Shown piece after piece: positions 16,341 through 26,235 of a DNA stretch of 33,043 nucleotides (its first letter is position 1; every line of letters begins with the position of its first letter). The position numbers were made by a program, and so were the translations under genes. This DNA comes from a virus (Duplodnaviria; Caudoviricetes), in the IMG/VR virus record IMGVR_UViG_3300017778_007065, positions 1 to 33,043 of that record; one strand, 5' to 3'. The notes under the pieces are model-generated. The model saw nothing but the letters and a program-made list of their open reading frames with translations, was not told the DNA's origin and made no database searches.

Positions 16341-16997
16341 TTAGTTTACTTTGGTTACAGTTATCGGAATGGTTAACCTAGCTCCTGAATCCCTTCCTGT
16401 TACTGTTAGAGTTGCATAAAGTGCTGTGTTTGAACCAAATAACGTATTGATAGTAGTCGTAGACAAGTTAAATGTAGTTCCGACTACTGTCTTAGATACG
16501 TTAGTACCAATTGTAGTAGTGGTGTTTAGAGCTTGAGCTTGAGGAGTATTAATTCCTACTCCTGTAAAGGCGTTAAATAGCCTTACATCAGAAATAATGG
16601 CGGTATATCCGGATGGTTCAAAGCCTGATGACCCTCCCAAATAGTTAAGGGTTTGAGGTGTGATTGCTAAAGAAGCTCCCTGCTTAATAGTAATAGCGGA
16701 GTATCCTATATCTAGTACTGGTATCTTAGCAGTACCCCTTGGTAGGGTTGCTAGTTTATACTTCATGATCTGAGTTTCATCAGGAAATGCTTCTAGCAAG
16801 GGTAGATTATCAATTGCTTCTCCGTAAAAAGCTGATCCTGAGGGGTGTGTGGGATTATAGAGTGTATAATCTATCTCATCATCAGCTAGAGCGAACTGAG
16901 TTATCCGGAAGGTACCGTCGTTTTTTGCTAGAAGCTCTCTACCTTTCTTGGTAAGAATTGCATCAACGGTTAGTACTGAGTTGTTTAAATATCCCAT
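16341..16997 (-). CDS. Tail/baseplate structural protein (tail-collar-like N-terminus)
   Basis: DAILTKKGRELLA...ITQFALADDEIDY; Ig-like C-terminal half. Confidence 0.75.
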   Translation of the reverse strand: MGYLNNSVLTVDAILTKKGRELLAKNDGTFRITQFALADDEIDYTLYNPTHPSGSAFYGEAIDNLPLLEAFPDETQIMKYKLATLPRGTAKIPVLDIGYSAITIKQGASLAITPQTLNYLGGSSGFEPSGYTAIISDVRLFNAFTGVGINTPQAQALNTTTTIGTNVSKTVVGTTFNLSTTTINTLFGSNTALYATLTVTGRDSGARLTIPITVTKVN

Positions 16998-17004
16998 TTT
17001 TCTT

Positions 17005-17012
17005 TATAAATA
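17005..17012 (-). promoter_or_regulatory. Putative late promoter TATTTATA
   Basis: Intergenic, 7 nt upstream of ATG 16997. Confidence 0.6.
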
Positions 17013-17019
17013 TAAAACG

Positions 17020-18924
17020 TTACGTGTTTCTTAAGGTTTGCAACCTAAATCTTCTATTAATTCGATCAAAATTGTCAAGTATATCTTGTGATAAATATTG
17101 AGGCTTAATTAATCCGGCTGAAGTTTGTCCGAGTGGTTTTTGTGATTTGAAGATAATGAAGTTTTTATCTTCTACATACCTTCTTATAACAAAATTGTCA
17201 ATATTAGTATTAGGGTAAATACTTGGCTGTACCTCCAGTATCAAAAATCCTGAGCTTAGATCTTTTCCGTATGATGCAAGAGGTGGTGGAATGCCAATAG
17301 CATAGTCGAAAAACTTATCTTGAGGATTATAGACCTTTACAACAAGGTGAGACTTGCTCTCCTGTCCTTCAAATCTAATCTCATCACCTGGTAGTATTTC
17401 AAAAGGATACTTAAGAGTATTAAAACCAGATCCTGCGATATCTTTTTGTTGTAATCCTAAAACGCTTTTTAAAGATCCTTGAGCTAATAAGTACTTATCG
17501 TCTACGTAGTAATAGCTTTGAGAGTATACAGCGCTTCCTGAAAGCCAGTAAGAAGCTGTGACTGAAATAGCGGGTTCTATTGTTTGATCTACCTTCAGAT
17601 AACTTCCGGTAGTAATAAACATTCCTGTAGTACTGCAGAACACTCTAGCTCTATATCGGCTTTCAGATAATGCAGCGATGGGTCCGGTTTCTATAATAGT
17701 TAGTTTAGGTTTAAAAGTATCATAAGGGATCTCATCGAAGGTTGATACGATGTCAATAAAAACACCTCCTGTATCTGATCCTGATCTTTGTAGCATGACT
17801 TGATAAAGAACCCTATAATTGCTTGTCCCTTTTCTATCAACGTTAACTCCTGCAACAAAATTAATAAGAGTAGAGCTTGTAAACGGTACTTTATATTCGT
17901 AAGCTGTTGTATTATATGCGTTAGGGTTATCGTAAACCTCATCATTGTTTGGTACTACAGCGTACTGCCCGGAGTTAACAGGAGTACTAGATCCGGAATA
18001 TACTACGAATGCTTTAAAGTTTTCGTTAATAGTTATATCAGATCCGAAGGTTAAAGTTCCTGCTCTATTTCCTATTTGTGATCCTGTTTGAGAGTATACA
18101 ATAGGTTCTATTCTAGCTCCAGCTCTAACTACTTCTTGCATGCCATTTAAAATGGACATATTAACGTCAAAAGCTTCGGGATCTTCAAGAACTACTTCTA
18201 TCTTATTGCCAGTCTTGTAGGTGTTAAGCATATCGTAGTGCCCGGTTTGGGATACTCCTGGTTCTAGAGCTTCTCCGTTCCTATCTATAATATACCCTAT
18301 GTGAGCGGCAACCGTGTCGTTCCTTTCAGGAGAGGTTCCTCCTATAAAATTAAAGTACGCAAAGGTTGAATCGGTATAATTTATTACCGGATCTCCTCCG
18401 TAACTTGAATCACCTAGAGTAAATTTATTTAACTCAGCACCCTCTAATCTTGACCCGTCGTATCTAGGGTTCTTGAAGCTATTCAAACTCAAATAGTAAT
18501 CATTAAATTCTGCCAGTTGTGCTGAACCTGATAGTATGGCGTTTATATTGCTAGCTGTAATTTGTGATATACTGTAATCAGCTTTAAATAGAATTTCACT
18601 TCTTTCGGCTTGAAACGCATTATTCTGTAGAGCGTTATAATCGGAGTTTGTAAATTCCTCTGGAAGGTAAGGATCAAAATTAAAGTTCTCTTGAAATCCT
18701 AAATTTACAGGATTTAGATTAAAGGGAGCTACTTGGACCAAAACAGAGTTTGAAAGTTCAGTAACTCCTGTAACTATTAGGTCAATGAATGTAGCTCCAC
18801 TGCCGACACCCATTCTAATCTTTTGAATAGATTTAAGTGTAAATACATTATTTCGTCCGGCAAGATCAGTCTTATTAAACTTTAAGTACCTTATACCGTC
18901 TACAAATTGAACTGGTGCTGACAT
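17020..18924 (-). CDS. Virion structural protein with C1q/TNF-like beta domain
   Basis: Baseplate context; FKAFV...VPNNDEVYDNPNAYNTTAYEYKVP resembles the C1q F....YD....F...F..P pattern. Confidence 0.6.
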   Translation of the reverse strand: MSAPVQFVDGIRYLKFNKTDLAGRNNVFTLKSIQKIRMGVGSGATFIDLIVTGVTELSNSVLVQVAPFNLNPVNLGFQENFNFDPYLPEEFTNSDYNALQNNAFQAERSEILFKADYSISQITASNINAILSGSAQLAEFNDYYLSLNSFKNPRYDGSRLEGAELNKFTLGDSSYGGDPVINYTDSTFAYFNFIGGTSPERNDTVAAHIGYIIDRNGEALEPGVSQTGHYDMLNTYKTGNKIEVVLEDPEAFDVNMSILNGMQEVVRAGARIEPIVYSQTGSQIGNRAGTLTFGSDITINENFKAFVVYSGSSTPVNSGQYAVVPNNDEVYDNPNAYNTTAYEYKVPFTSSTLINFVAGVNVDRKGTSNYRVLYQVMLQRSGSDTGGVFIDIVSTFDEIPYDTFKPKLTIIETGPIAALSESRYRARVFCSTTGMFITTGSYLKVDQTIEPAISVTASYWLSGSAVYSQSYYYVDDKYLLAQGSLKSVLGLQQKDIAGSGFNTLKYPFEILPGDEIRFEGQESKSHLVVKVYNPQDKFFDYAIGIPPPLASYGKDLSSGFLILEVQPSIYPNTNIDNFVIRRYVEDKNFIIFKSQKPLGQTSAGLIKPQYLSQDILDNFDRINRRFRLQTLRNT

Positions 18925-18925
18925 A

Positions 18926-21900
18926 TTAAGCTGGTAGTATTGGTGTTTTAGGATCTGCTAAAGTTCCTCTATCGAAAAATATATTGCAACCTCCACTGCC
19001 GGGATTAGCCGCTAGAAAGGCTTGGAAGCTACCACTATTAGAGTCAAATAGAGTGGTGTTATACCTTATAGAAGGTTGATCAACCAATCGGAAGGGATTG
19101 TTGGTTGATAGATCTCCCGTAGTGGCTACAATATCACTTCCGCTATACTCTCCGGTATAGAATTCTTCTTGAAAAGTTATAATTTGAGTTACTAATCCAA
19201 CGGGAGTAAGTATAGCTTCAACCCAGCTTTGGGTAACGTTGTTATTATTGGTGAGACCATTAATAGCATTTACAGAGCCTCCAGCACCTCCATTAAAAGT
19301 ACCAACATCTATTGAGCCAGAATACAGCAGCTCTGTTGATCCTACTTGAGGTACGGGGTACTTACTTCTCTCCAGTATGTGCTGCTTTATTACTACCCCT
19401 GCTGCAACTGATGATCTAGCAGGAGCAAAATCTTTAACCAGCTTAAATAAAGTATTATCAAAGTACTTTAGTATTCTGATGTAGTCGTTAAAATCGTAAT
19501 TATCAACGTACTTTTTAAAATAATCTTCCCTTAAAGGGGTAAGGTCGTTGTAGGAGGATGCTGACTGGTGTCTTGGGTCTCCAATAAACTCTCCTATATT
19601 AAAGAAACCCAATTGAGCTACTATATCGTCGTTTATCTCATTGGAAGGTGAGAATGCAACTTCAACGTAGTTTATATCTCTAGTATAAGTTCCGGTTTCA
19701 TCGTTATCTTTTTGAATGCTAACATAGCTTGATAAAGTATTGCCGCCTACTAAAGTAGGGTTTACTGATCTGATCTTATCAGGAACTCTGTTTTTTATAC
19801 CTGCAATGGGTTCTTCTAAGAAGAAAGTTTCTTCGTTATTAACCCACTCTCCAGCGGTAATGGTAAAGTTGCTATTGGAAGTGAAGGAATTTTGTTTAAC
19901 TCCCGATCCTGATACTGCTGGATGAACGGATATTGATCCGGTATATAATTCACTACCTAAAGGAAGTCTTGCTGCTAATTGCTGGTAGGATGATGAGATA
20001 TTATTCCCCTCAATAGACAAAGGGTTAGCAATCAACGATCTAGCTATGCTTTCGCTAATACCTACTCCGTAGTACTTTATTTCTTGATAATAACCGGTAA
20101 ACGGATTGTATAATTTACCGCCTAGTGTAACTTGCTGTCTTGTTTTTGAAGGGAAGAAAATATTCTCTCCGCTTGTATAAACTGTATCATTACCAGCAAC
20201 GGAACTTGAAGCATAGAATCCTGGAAGAGTTCCAGTATACCCGTTGTATAGATTACATCCTGCGTATAGATACCAGGTTGTTCCTACTTTTGATACTACT
20301 GCCGTCCACCATTCACCGTTATTTATAGGTAAATTTATACTAGCTGAAGTCGTTGAATTTGCATAGAATTTAAGGGTGGTGAATTCAGAGCCCGTCGTTG
20401 CTATGGATCCGCTAAAGCTTCCTGATATATTTCCTGCTCCTGAATATTCTAAAACCAAACCTAAGGTAGGAGTGTTAGTGGTTTCTACATCCCATAGTGA
20501 TTGAGAGCGTTGTGTAAGAAGGCTATTGCTGTTAACGGGTTTAAATCTTACCGATACTGTATTAGGTACGTTATTACTGTTCCATGAAGGGATTATAAAG
20601 GGTGAGTTTACAAAGCCGCTATCTCCTGTATAGTATGCTAGGTTATAAACTTGCTGGTAATTATCAAAATCGTTAGTATTTACCTTATCTTTTCCTCCGA
20701 ACTCATTGATTCTAAGGATAGTATCTGGTATTCCGTAAATATTGATTAGAGCTCTTACTCCTTCTACCGTTCCTTTTTTCTTAAGGAGATAGGGTAGGTT
20801 GTGATATATCCTCTTATAGACTTCAACTGTTATATCACTGGCGGGGATAAAGGTTGAAGCAGTAACGTAGGAAGTAATTTTTTCACTACCCGTGCTGGGT
20901 GTCCCTGAACCTGAAATTGAAAAACCCGTTAATGAAGAATATAGATCATCGCCTGAGAATTGATTGGTATAAACTTTAAGTCCAAATGATCTTAAAATAT
21001 CACCCATCAAAGCTTTAGGAGCTCCGAAGTCAGGTCTGTTATCTGAATCTAATCTGTCGGTAATTCCTTTTGAATATATCCATAGATTATCAAAATGCTG
21101 ACCTATCATGCTGATAAACAGCTCATAGGGTAGGTTAGCACTATCTTCTCTTAGGTATTCAGGTACGGTAAAAAGTAAGTTATCCTTGTTTAGTTCGTCG
21201 TATAAAGATCCGGTGTATAGCTGCCCTCCATATGCTGGTAATGCTGAATTGGAGCTTCCTATCCAGCTGATTACCGCAGCACTTCCTGTACCGGCGAGAG
21301 TGTATGGTTGGGTGGAGGTTGTTTTTGGCCATGCTTTTGATCCGCTTTCGTAATAGAGAAAATATTCGTAACCATCAAGATTGGTCTTAATCTCATTAAT
21401 CTTATTTTGAATAATTACCTTAGATTGACTAACAAACAAAGAAGACGAAGTGCTTCCTGTAACATTAAAGACCGTCCGTCCTAGTTCGTTTTGGTAGTCT
21501 TCAAGCAATGAAACCTTCTGATAGAAGTTTAAGACTCTCTGTCTTGCTGAAGAATAATGTATAAAGTTTGAGTAGTCGGTGTAATCTATATTTACCTCTA
21601 CTCCTTTATCAACCAGCAGTGAGCTTAATTGCGAGAATGAGCTTGTTAAAGTAGTTGCTAGTAAGTTGCCTGCGTTGAAGTAGTTACTTGTTACTCCTAT
21701 CTGGTTTTTAATATCTAAATTAAGGTTAGGTCCTTTTAGATTGAAAACAGGCTCTAGGTCGTCAACTACCGTATCAGAGATTGTTACTTGGTAATTAACC
21801 GGTTCCGCTATCTTTTGAGTTAAGAAGAAAGTATTCTTTAACTCATACTCAGCTGGTAGAGTTTCGTATAACTTAACAACAATAGAGCTGTTATCTAGTA

Positions 21901-22420
21901 TAAGGTTAACTGCAGGAATAAGTTCGTTTCCTCCGAAGTTTAAGTAGAAGTAAACTATAGTAGCACTAGTATTTATCTCATCGATAAAATCTTGAACGCT
22001 CTTTAGTACTGTAGGATCGTCTAGAGATAGACTATCTAATCTAGCTTCAGTTCTATCTGTTGATATCTCAGAGATATAGAACTTATTATTTTCGCTAGTA
22101 AAGAATAGGGGGGTGTAAAAGTCAAACTTTAAGTTTAAAATTCCTCTATCGAATTCGTAATAATCTAAGACTCTTTGTACATCAATACTTACCGTCGATA
22201 TCTGGCTTGTATTTTGTAGAGAGGGGTCGTTTTCTACTGAGTAGAGAATAAACTCAGGGTCGCTAATTAGAAGCTCTTCATTGAGGGTGGTTATAGTAAT
22301 TTCTACCTTATCTCTACCTGGGGTAAATAGAGAGGTAGAGAATGATCCCTCTAGAATGTTAATATCTTGAGAGTTGAGTTCTCCTCCAGTTCCTAGATCT
22401 ACTACCGTTATATTATCCAT
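18926..22420 (-). CDS. Large baseplate wedge protein (gp7/P2 gpI-like) with a probable LamG-like insert
   Basis: VPEYL..D, FISMIGQHFD, and YLLKKKGTVEGVRALINIYG (KGT..G motif); central NNGEWW...FTGYYQEIKYY lectin-like pattern. Confidence 0.7.
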   Translation of the reverse strand: MDNITVVDLGTGGELNSQDINILEGSFSTSLFTPGRDKVEITITTLNEELLISDPEFILYSVENDPSLQNTSQISTVSIDVQRVLDYYEFDRGILNLKFDFYTPLFFTSENNKFYISEISTDRTEARLDSLSLDDPTVLKSVQDFIDEINTSATIVYFYLNFGGNELIPAVNLILDNSSIVVKLYETLPAEYELKNTFFLTQKIAEPVNYQVTISDTVVDDLEPVFNLKGPNLNLDIKNQIGVTSNYFNAGNLLATTLTSSFSQLSSLLVDKGVEVNIDYTDYSNFIHYSSARQRVLNFYQKVSLLEDYQNELGRTVFNVTGSTSSSLFVSQSKVIIQNKINEIKTNLDGYEYFLYYESGSKAWPKTTSTQPYTLAGTGSAAVISWIGSSNSALPAYGGQLYTGSLYDELNKDNLLFTVPEYLREDSANLPYELFISMIGQHFDNLWIYSKGITDRLDSDNRPDFGAPKALMGDILRSFGLKVYTNQFSGDDLYSSLTGFSISGSGTPSTGSEKITSYVTASTFIPASDITVEVYKRIYHNLPYLLKKKGTVEGVRALINIYGIPDTILRINEFGGKDKVNTNDFDNYQQVYNLAYYTGDSGFVNSPFIIPSWNSNNVPNTVSVRFKPVNSNSLLTQRSQSLWDVETTNTPTLGLVLEYSGAGNISGSFSGSIATTGSEFTTLKFYANSTTSASINLPINNGEWWTAVVSKVGTTWYLYAGCNLYNGYTGTLPGFYASSSVAGNDTVYTSGENIFFPSKTRQQVTLGGKLYNPFTGYYQEIKYYGVGISESIARSLIANPLSIEGNNISSSYQQLAARLPLGSELYTGSISVHPAVSGSGVKQNSFTSNSNFTITAGEWVNNEETFFLEEPIAGIKNRVPDKIRSVNPTLVGGNTLSSYVSIQKDNDETGTYTRDINYVEVAFSPSNEINDDIVAQLGFFNIGEFIGDPRHQSASSYNDLTPLREDYFKKYVDNYDFNDYIRILKYFDNTLFKLVKDFAPARSSVAAGVVIKQHILERSKYPVPQVGSTELLYSGSIDVGTFNGGAGGSVNAINGLTNNNNVTQSWVEAILTPVGLVTQIITFQEEFYTGEYSGSDIVATTGDLSTNNPFRLVDQPSIRYNTTLFDSNSGSFQAFLAANPGSGGCNIFFDRGTLADPKTPILPA

Positions 22421-22769
22421 TGGTTAGTTTGCTTTCAAATTCTAGGTTTGTTCTATTAGACTCAAGTAATTCGTTTCTTAGACTATTGATCTCTTCTAAT
22501 AAAAGAGCAATTTCTTCTTGTTGATTATTGGCATCGATATAATTCCCTGATTGCTGAACTAGGTATTCATGAGAATTAGTAGCTCCAAACTTTGGTATTG
22601 CAGTGAAAAGGGTATCGTAGGTTTGAAAGAATAGCTGAATGTTTTCAGTAGTGGGTTCAACAGCGGTTACTTCAGCGGTTACTAATTTAGTAATTTTAGT
22701 ATCAACTACCTTACTAAATGCCGCCTTACTAAACTGCTCGCGTACTAGGTCAATGTTAATTTGTGACAT
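22413..22769 (-). CDS. Small baseplate-module protein with C-terminal coiled coil
   Basis: Between gp6-like and gp7-like genes; FF..YD.LF..IP..G..NSH.YL motif. Confidence 0.65.
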   Translation of the reverse strand: MSQINIDLVREQFSKAAFSKVVDTKITKLVTAEVTAVEPTTENIQLFFQTYDTLFTAIPKFGATNSHEYLVQQSGNYIDANNQQEEIALLLEEINSLRNELLESNRTNLEFESKLTNG

Positions 22770-22770
22770 G

Positions 22771-24636
22771 CTAGAGATTTACTACTCTTCCTTGGATATC
22801 GGAATCCAAAAACTTAACTTCAAAAATACTTGGATCTAAAGAAGGATATATAATATTATTTAACGTACCTCCTTTAATATCATAAGCGTTAACTGAATAA
22901 CCATTAGCAGTTCCTGCTTTGTTAAGAATCTCAATATTTTTTACCGTCTGTACTCCTTTAACTAAATCTAGAAGAGCGTAAAGCTCTCTTAATATAATAG
23001 GTTGGTTTATCTGCCAGTTATCGATATTAAAGAAACCTTGCACTTGATTTATGCACTCTAGAATTACTTGATTGTTATTAAAGTTTGGCAGAGTTATGAT
23101 ATCAAAGTTTACGCTAATGTTTATAATAAATGCATCTTTAATCCTTACTGAATCGTTAAGCATTCTATACTGTGTGAGGTAGGTCCTTAGATTGCTTTTA
23201 ATAGCAGAGCTTGCCGTTCTTAAGTTCTTTATACTATCGTAAGATAAGATAAAGAGATCAAGGGTGCTTGGGGTTTCTCCGGTATTAACATCCGATCGCA
23301 TAGTAGGTTGAGCATAAACTTTAGCTACTGTTCCATAGTCCGCAGGCATACTTAATGCTCGGACTAGATAATCCTCCTTTGTAACTGATCTTAACTGAGA
23401 GGCAAATGCAGCCATTGAGTTAAGTCTTATATCTTCTAAGCTATCTCCATCTCCTCCTCCGGTTGCTGCGGTAAGATTATTTACTGCTAAGGAATTAAAT
23501 ATAGCATCGGTACCCGCTCCTGCTGGTAGTCCTGAATTATTGAATAGAGTTCCGCCTGTTGTAATTGTAGTTAGTTCATTAGCTGCTACGTTAGCTACTG
23601 CTCCGCCGCCTTTTAAATACCTGATACTTAGAGTAGTATTAGAGGGTGCTATTCCGTAGGTACTAGAGAATAGAAAATTAGAAGGAGCAAAAGCAGTAGT
23701 AAGCTTTTCCTTCTTGTACGGTAGACCTAATCCAACATTTTCAGGATTTGGTACTATGATTTCCGGAGTGCTGCCTACCGTTCCAGCACCAAACTGAACC
23801 TCTAGATTACTTGAGTCTTTAAATCTAGTTACAAATCTTCTAGGTTGCTTGGTTAATTTAAGCAAAAACCTAGCATCAGTTCCTATTGAAAAATTAGGAT
23901 CGTTGGTGTTAGTATTTTTTACTTCATCAAAGATCATTTCTTGAGCTAGGTAAGGAACCTCATACCAGGTGTTACCGTTGGAATCAGTTGCGTCTAGTAT
24001 CCCTAATATGTTTGTATCTGAGATAGTTACAGTTGAGAACTTTTGGCTTGCACCAAATGAAGCGGAAAAAGTAGTTGTGGTTGCTGATATTGCTTCTCTA
24101 GTTTTCTCTAAGAGATAAAATTCAGGTTGTCCGGTAGTTGAGTTTACCTGATATACGCTAAGGTTCGTTGGATCTTCAGAAGAAGAGAAGCTAAAGTCTA
24201 CCCTATCTCTTACAAGAAACGTCGCGTTAGGGTCTACAACTGAAGCTACTTGAGTGTTAGGAGGTACGTTTAGGGTAAACCTAAAATCAGGAATAGTTGC
24301 ACTAGAGCTAACAGTAGCAGGTATGAGTTGATAGAAGGTAAGGGTAGCGATAGCTGCTGAGCTTGCTTTAGGTCTATAGCCCATTGTATAGGCTAGACTA
24401 TATATATTTTCCTGCTGTCGGGCATATTGTAGGAAGGTTTCTTGAATCTGATTATCCAAGTAAAACGACAGAACGTCTCCTACATAAGCAGACATCTCCA
24501 TAAACATCATACCCGGTGATGCTGGGGTAAAGTCGTTGTAGGTGGTGGGGAAATAGGTTTTAGTATACTCAATAAGCCCCTGTCTGAAGCTTTCGAATTC
24601 CCTATTTACGTATTTTATATCTCTTTTCTCAGCCAT
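22771..24636 (-). CDS. gp6: Baseplate wedge subunit (T4 gp6 / P2 gpJ-like)
   Basis: DFTPASPGMMFMEMSAYVGDVLSFYLD...ETFL..A; QFGAG; ATGGGDGDSLEDIR; QLRSVTKEDY. Confidence 0.92.
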   Translation of the reverse strand: MAEKRDIKYVNREFESFRQGLIEYTKTYFPTTYNDFTPASPGMMFMEMSAYVGDVLSFYLDNQIQETFLQYARQQENIYSLAYTMGYRPKASSAAIATLTFYQLIPATVSSSATIPDFRFTLNVPPNTQVASVVDPNATFLVRDRVDFSFSSSEDPTNLSVYQVNSTTGQPEFYLLEKTREAISATTTTFSASFGASQKFSTVTISDTNILGILDATDSNGNTWYEVPYLAQEMIFDEVKNTNTNDPNFSIGTDARFLLKLTKQPRRFVTRFKDSSNLEVQFGAGTVGSTPEIIVPNPENVGLGLPYKKEKLTTAFAPSNFLFSSTYGIAPSNTTLSIRYLKGGGAVANVAANELTTITTGGTLFNNSGLPAGAGTDAIFNSLAVNNLTAATGGGDGDSLEDIRLNSMAAFASQLRSVTKEDYLVRALSMPADYGTVAKVYAQPTMRSDVNTGETPSTLDLFILSYDSIKNLRTASSAIKSNLRTYLTQYRMLNDSVRIKDAFIINISVNFDIITLPNFNNNQVILECINQVQGFFNIDNWQINQPIILRELYALLDLVKGVQTVKNIEILNKAGTANGYSVNAYDIKGGTLNNIIYPSLDPSIFEVKFLDSDIQGRVVNL

Positions 24637-25042
24637 TTGTTACTGCTATTGTGAAGTTGTCTTCTATTGCATAGGATTTTATAGCGTAACCAAGGTTTAT
24701 ATACACTGAGTTTGAATCAGGGTCTCCACTTACCGTAAGTGTTGAGATGGTGAGATTGGGGAAATACTGAACTAGTAAATCGCTTAATCTCTTTTGTAAT
24801 CCATCTAGTGAAGAATTACTAATCATCTCGAAAATAAATGCTCTTATATTTGCACCAAAATTATTATTAAATACTCTTTCGTTTTGATTGGTTAGTAGGA
24901 AGTTAATTATATTAGCACGTATAGCTTCTTTAGTTGTATAGGTAATATTAAATACCGCCTTTCCTGAGAAAGGTATATTTACCCCAACCCCTACTGAAGG
25001 TTTTAGGTCTAATGGGCTAATTTGTTTAACTTGATATGCCAT
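24629..25042 (-). CDS. gp25: Baseplate wedge / sheath initiator (gp25/gpW-like)
   Basis: AIRANIINFLLTNQNERVFNNNFGANIRAFIFE...QYFP; immediately upstream of gp6. Confidence 0.9.
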   Translation of the reverse strand: MAYQVKQISPLDLKPSVGVGVNIPFSGKAVFNITYTTKEAIRANIINFLLTNQNERVFNNNFGANIRAFIFEMISNSSLDGLQKRLSDLLVQYFPNLTISTLTVSGDPDSNSVYINLGYAIKSYAIEDNFTIAVTNG

Positions 25043-25449
25043 TATTTCCTACCTACAAGCTTCATAATTGTATTCATTGAAACTTCGCCTTCGGGCAATT
25101 TTCCGTTCATTAGATCTACATTGCTCATACCTGGTGTATTACCTGAGTCGATATCAAGAATGGTTTTGTATTCTGAAGAGTTCATACTAGCTCTAGTTTG
25201 TGCTAGCATTTCCTGTAAGGGAGTAGCGGCTAATCTACTAGGTATTTCTACGTTTGTAGATCTAGGGGGTTGTGCTGGAGCTGGGCTCGTAGGAGTGGGT
25301 TGATATTGTGAAATAGGAGCTCTATATTGAACTTCAGAAATGGTGTTTCTGTTACCCCGTACTGCTTCAAGTAGAATGTCTTTCAACTCTTCTTGGATAG
25401 CTTCCCTTACTGCTTCTTTGATTAAGGTTTTAAATTCGCTAGGTTTCAT
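25042..25449 (-). CDS. Hypothetical protein with extended leader and Pro-rich linker
   Basis: MKPSEFKTLIKEAVREAIQEELKDILLEAV; PTPTSPAPAQPP. Confidence 0.75.
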   Translation of the reverse strand: MKPSEFKTLIKEAVREAIQEELKDILLEAVRGNRNTISEVQYRAPISQYQPTPTSPAPAQPPRSTNVEIPSRLAATPLQEMLAQTRASMNSSEYKTILDIDSGNTPGMSNVDLMNGKLPEGEVSMNTIMKLVGRK

Positions 25450-25476
25450 AATTATATATATTTTTGATTCTAAAAA

Positions 25477-26235
25477 TTATACTTGATTATCAATTAAAAG
25501 TTTTAATTCCTCGATAATAATATTACTATCGGTTGAGAAAGTTAAGTTAGTTTTAAACTTTACCACTCCTCTTGGGTCAGTCGCCCTTCCAAAGCGCTTT
25601 TTTAAAGTAGTAAAGTTTTGTTCATCAAAGACTACCTCTAGGCTTAACCCTTTGTAAAATACTGAACCATTAAAAAGGCGTTCAGTAGTTCTTTCAGTTA
25701 AATCGTTTATAGTATTATTTGTAACTTCAAAAAGATTATTTGTAGCTTGAAAAGCAATATCTGTTTCTTGAGTACATCGTAATATTACTTGATCTAATAG
25801 ATTAATTTTTGCTTGGACCGATACTACTATTCCTCTTAAGGTTTGACTTAAATCGTTTAAACTCTTTGATAAACCTTTTCCTACTTTGATAGCTTCTTTT
25901 AAGTCTATCAATCTAGTAGCATAAGTATTTGTTTGTCCTAATGTAGTAAATTGGTTAGGTGCTGGTAGGAGTATAGCGATACTGATAAGTAACTCTGATC
26001 CGGTTAGAATATTGTTAACTGTATTGCTAGAGGTTTGAGTATTATTAATAGCTTTTTCAATATTGCTAAGTCCGGAGTTAATATTATTTTTTATCTCAAT
26101 GGTCTTCAATAGAACTTCTCTAGGAGGACAGATATCTTTGAACTTTTCAATCTCAATATCAATAGCTGTTAGAAGCCTATCTTCAAGTTGAAGTTGCTGT
26201 CTTACAATTACTAGTATGATTGAACCTATGCTCAT
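25477..26235 (-). CDS. Helical hypothetical protein (baseplate module)
   Basis: 252-aa ORF, ATGA coupling; long amphipathic helices with a central hydrophobic stretch. Confidence 0.7.
   Translation of the reverse strand: MSIGSIILVIVRQQLQLEDRLLTAIDIEIEKFKDICPPREVLLKTIEIKNNINSGLSNIEKAINNTQTSSNTVNNILTGSELLISIAILLPAPNQFTTLGQTNTYATRLIDLKEAIKVGKGLSKSLNDLSQTLRGIVVSVQAKINLLDQVILRCTQETDIAFQATNNLFEVTNNTINDLTERTTERLFNGSVFYKGLSLEVVFDEQNFTTLKKRFGRATDPRGVVKFKTNLTFSTDSNIIIEELKLLIDNQV

Noticed and set aside
17700-17945. Nested minus-strand 81-aa ORF
   Set aside because: Alternate frame inside a 634-aa structural gene with no independent support.
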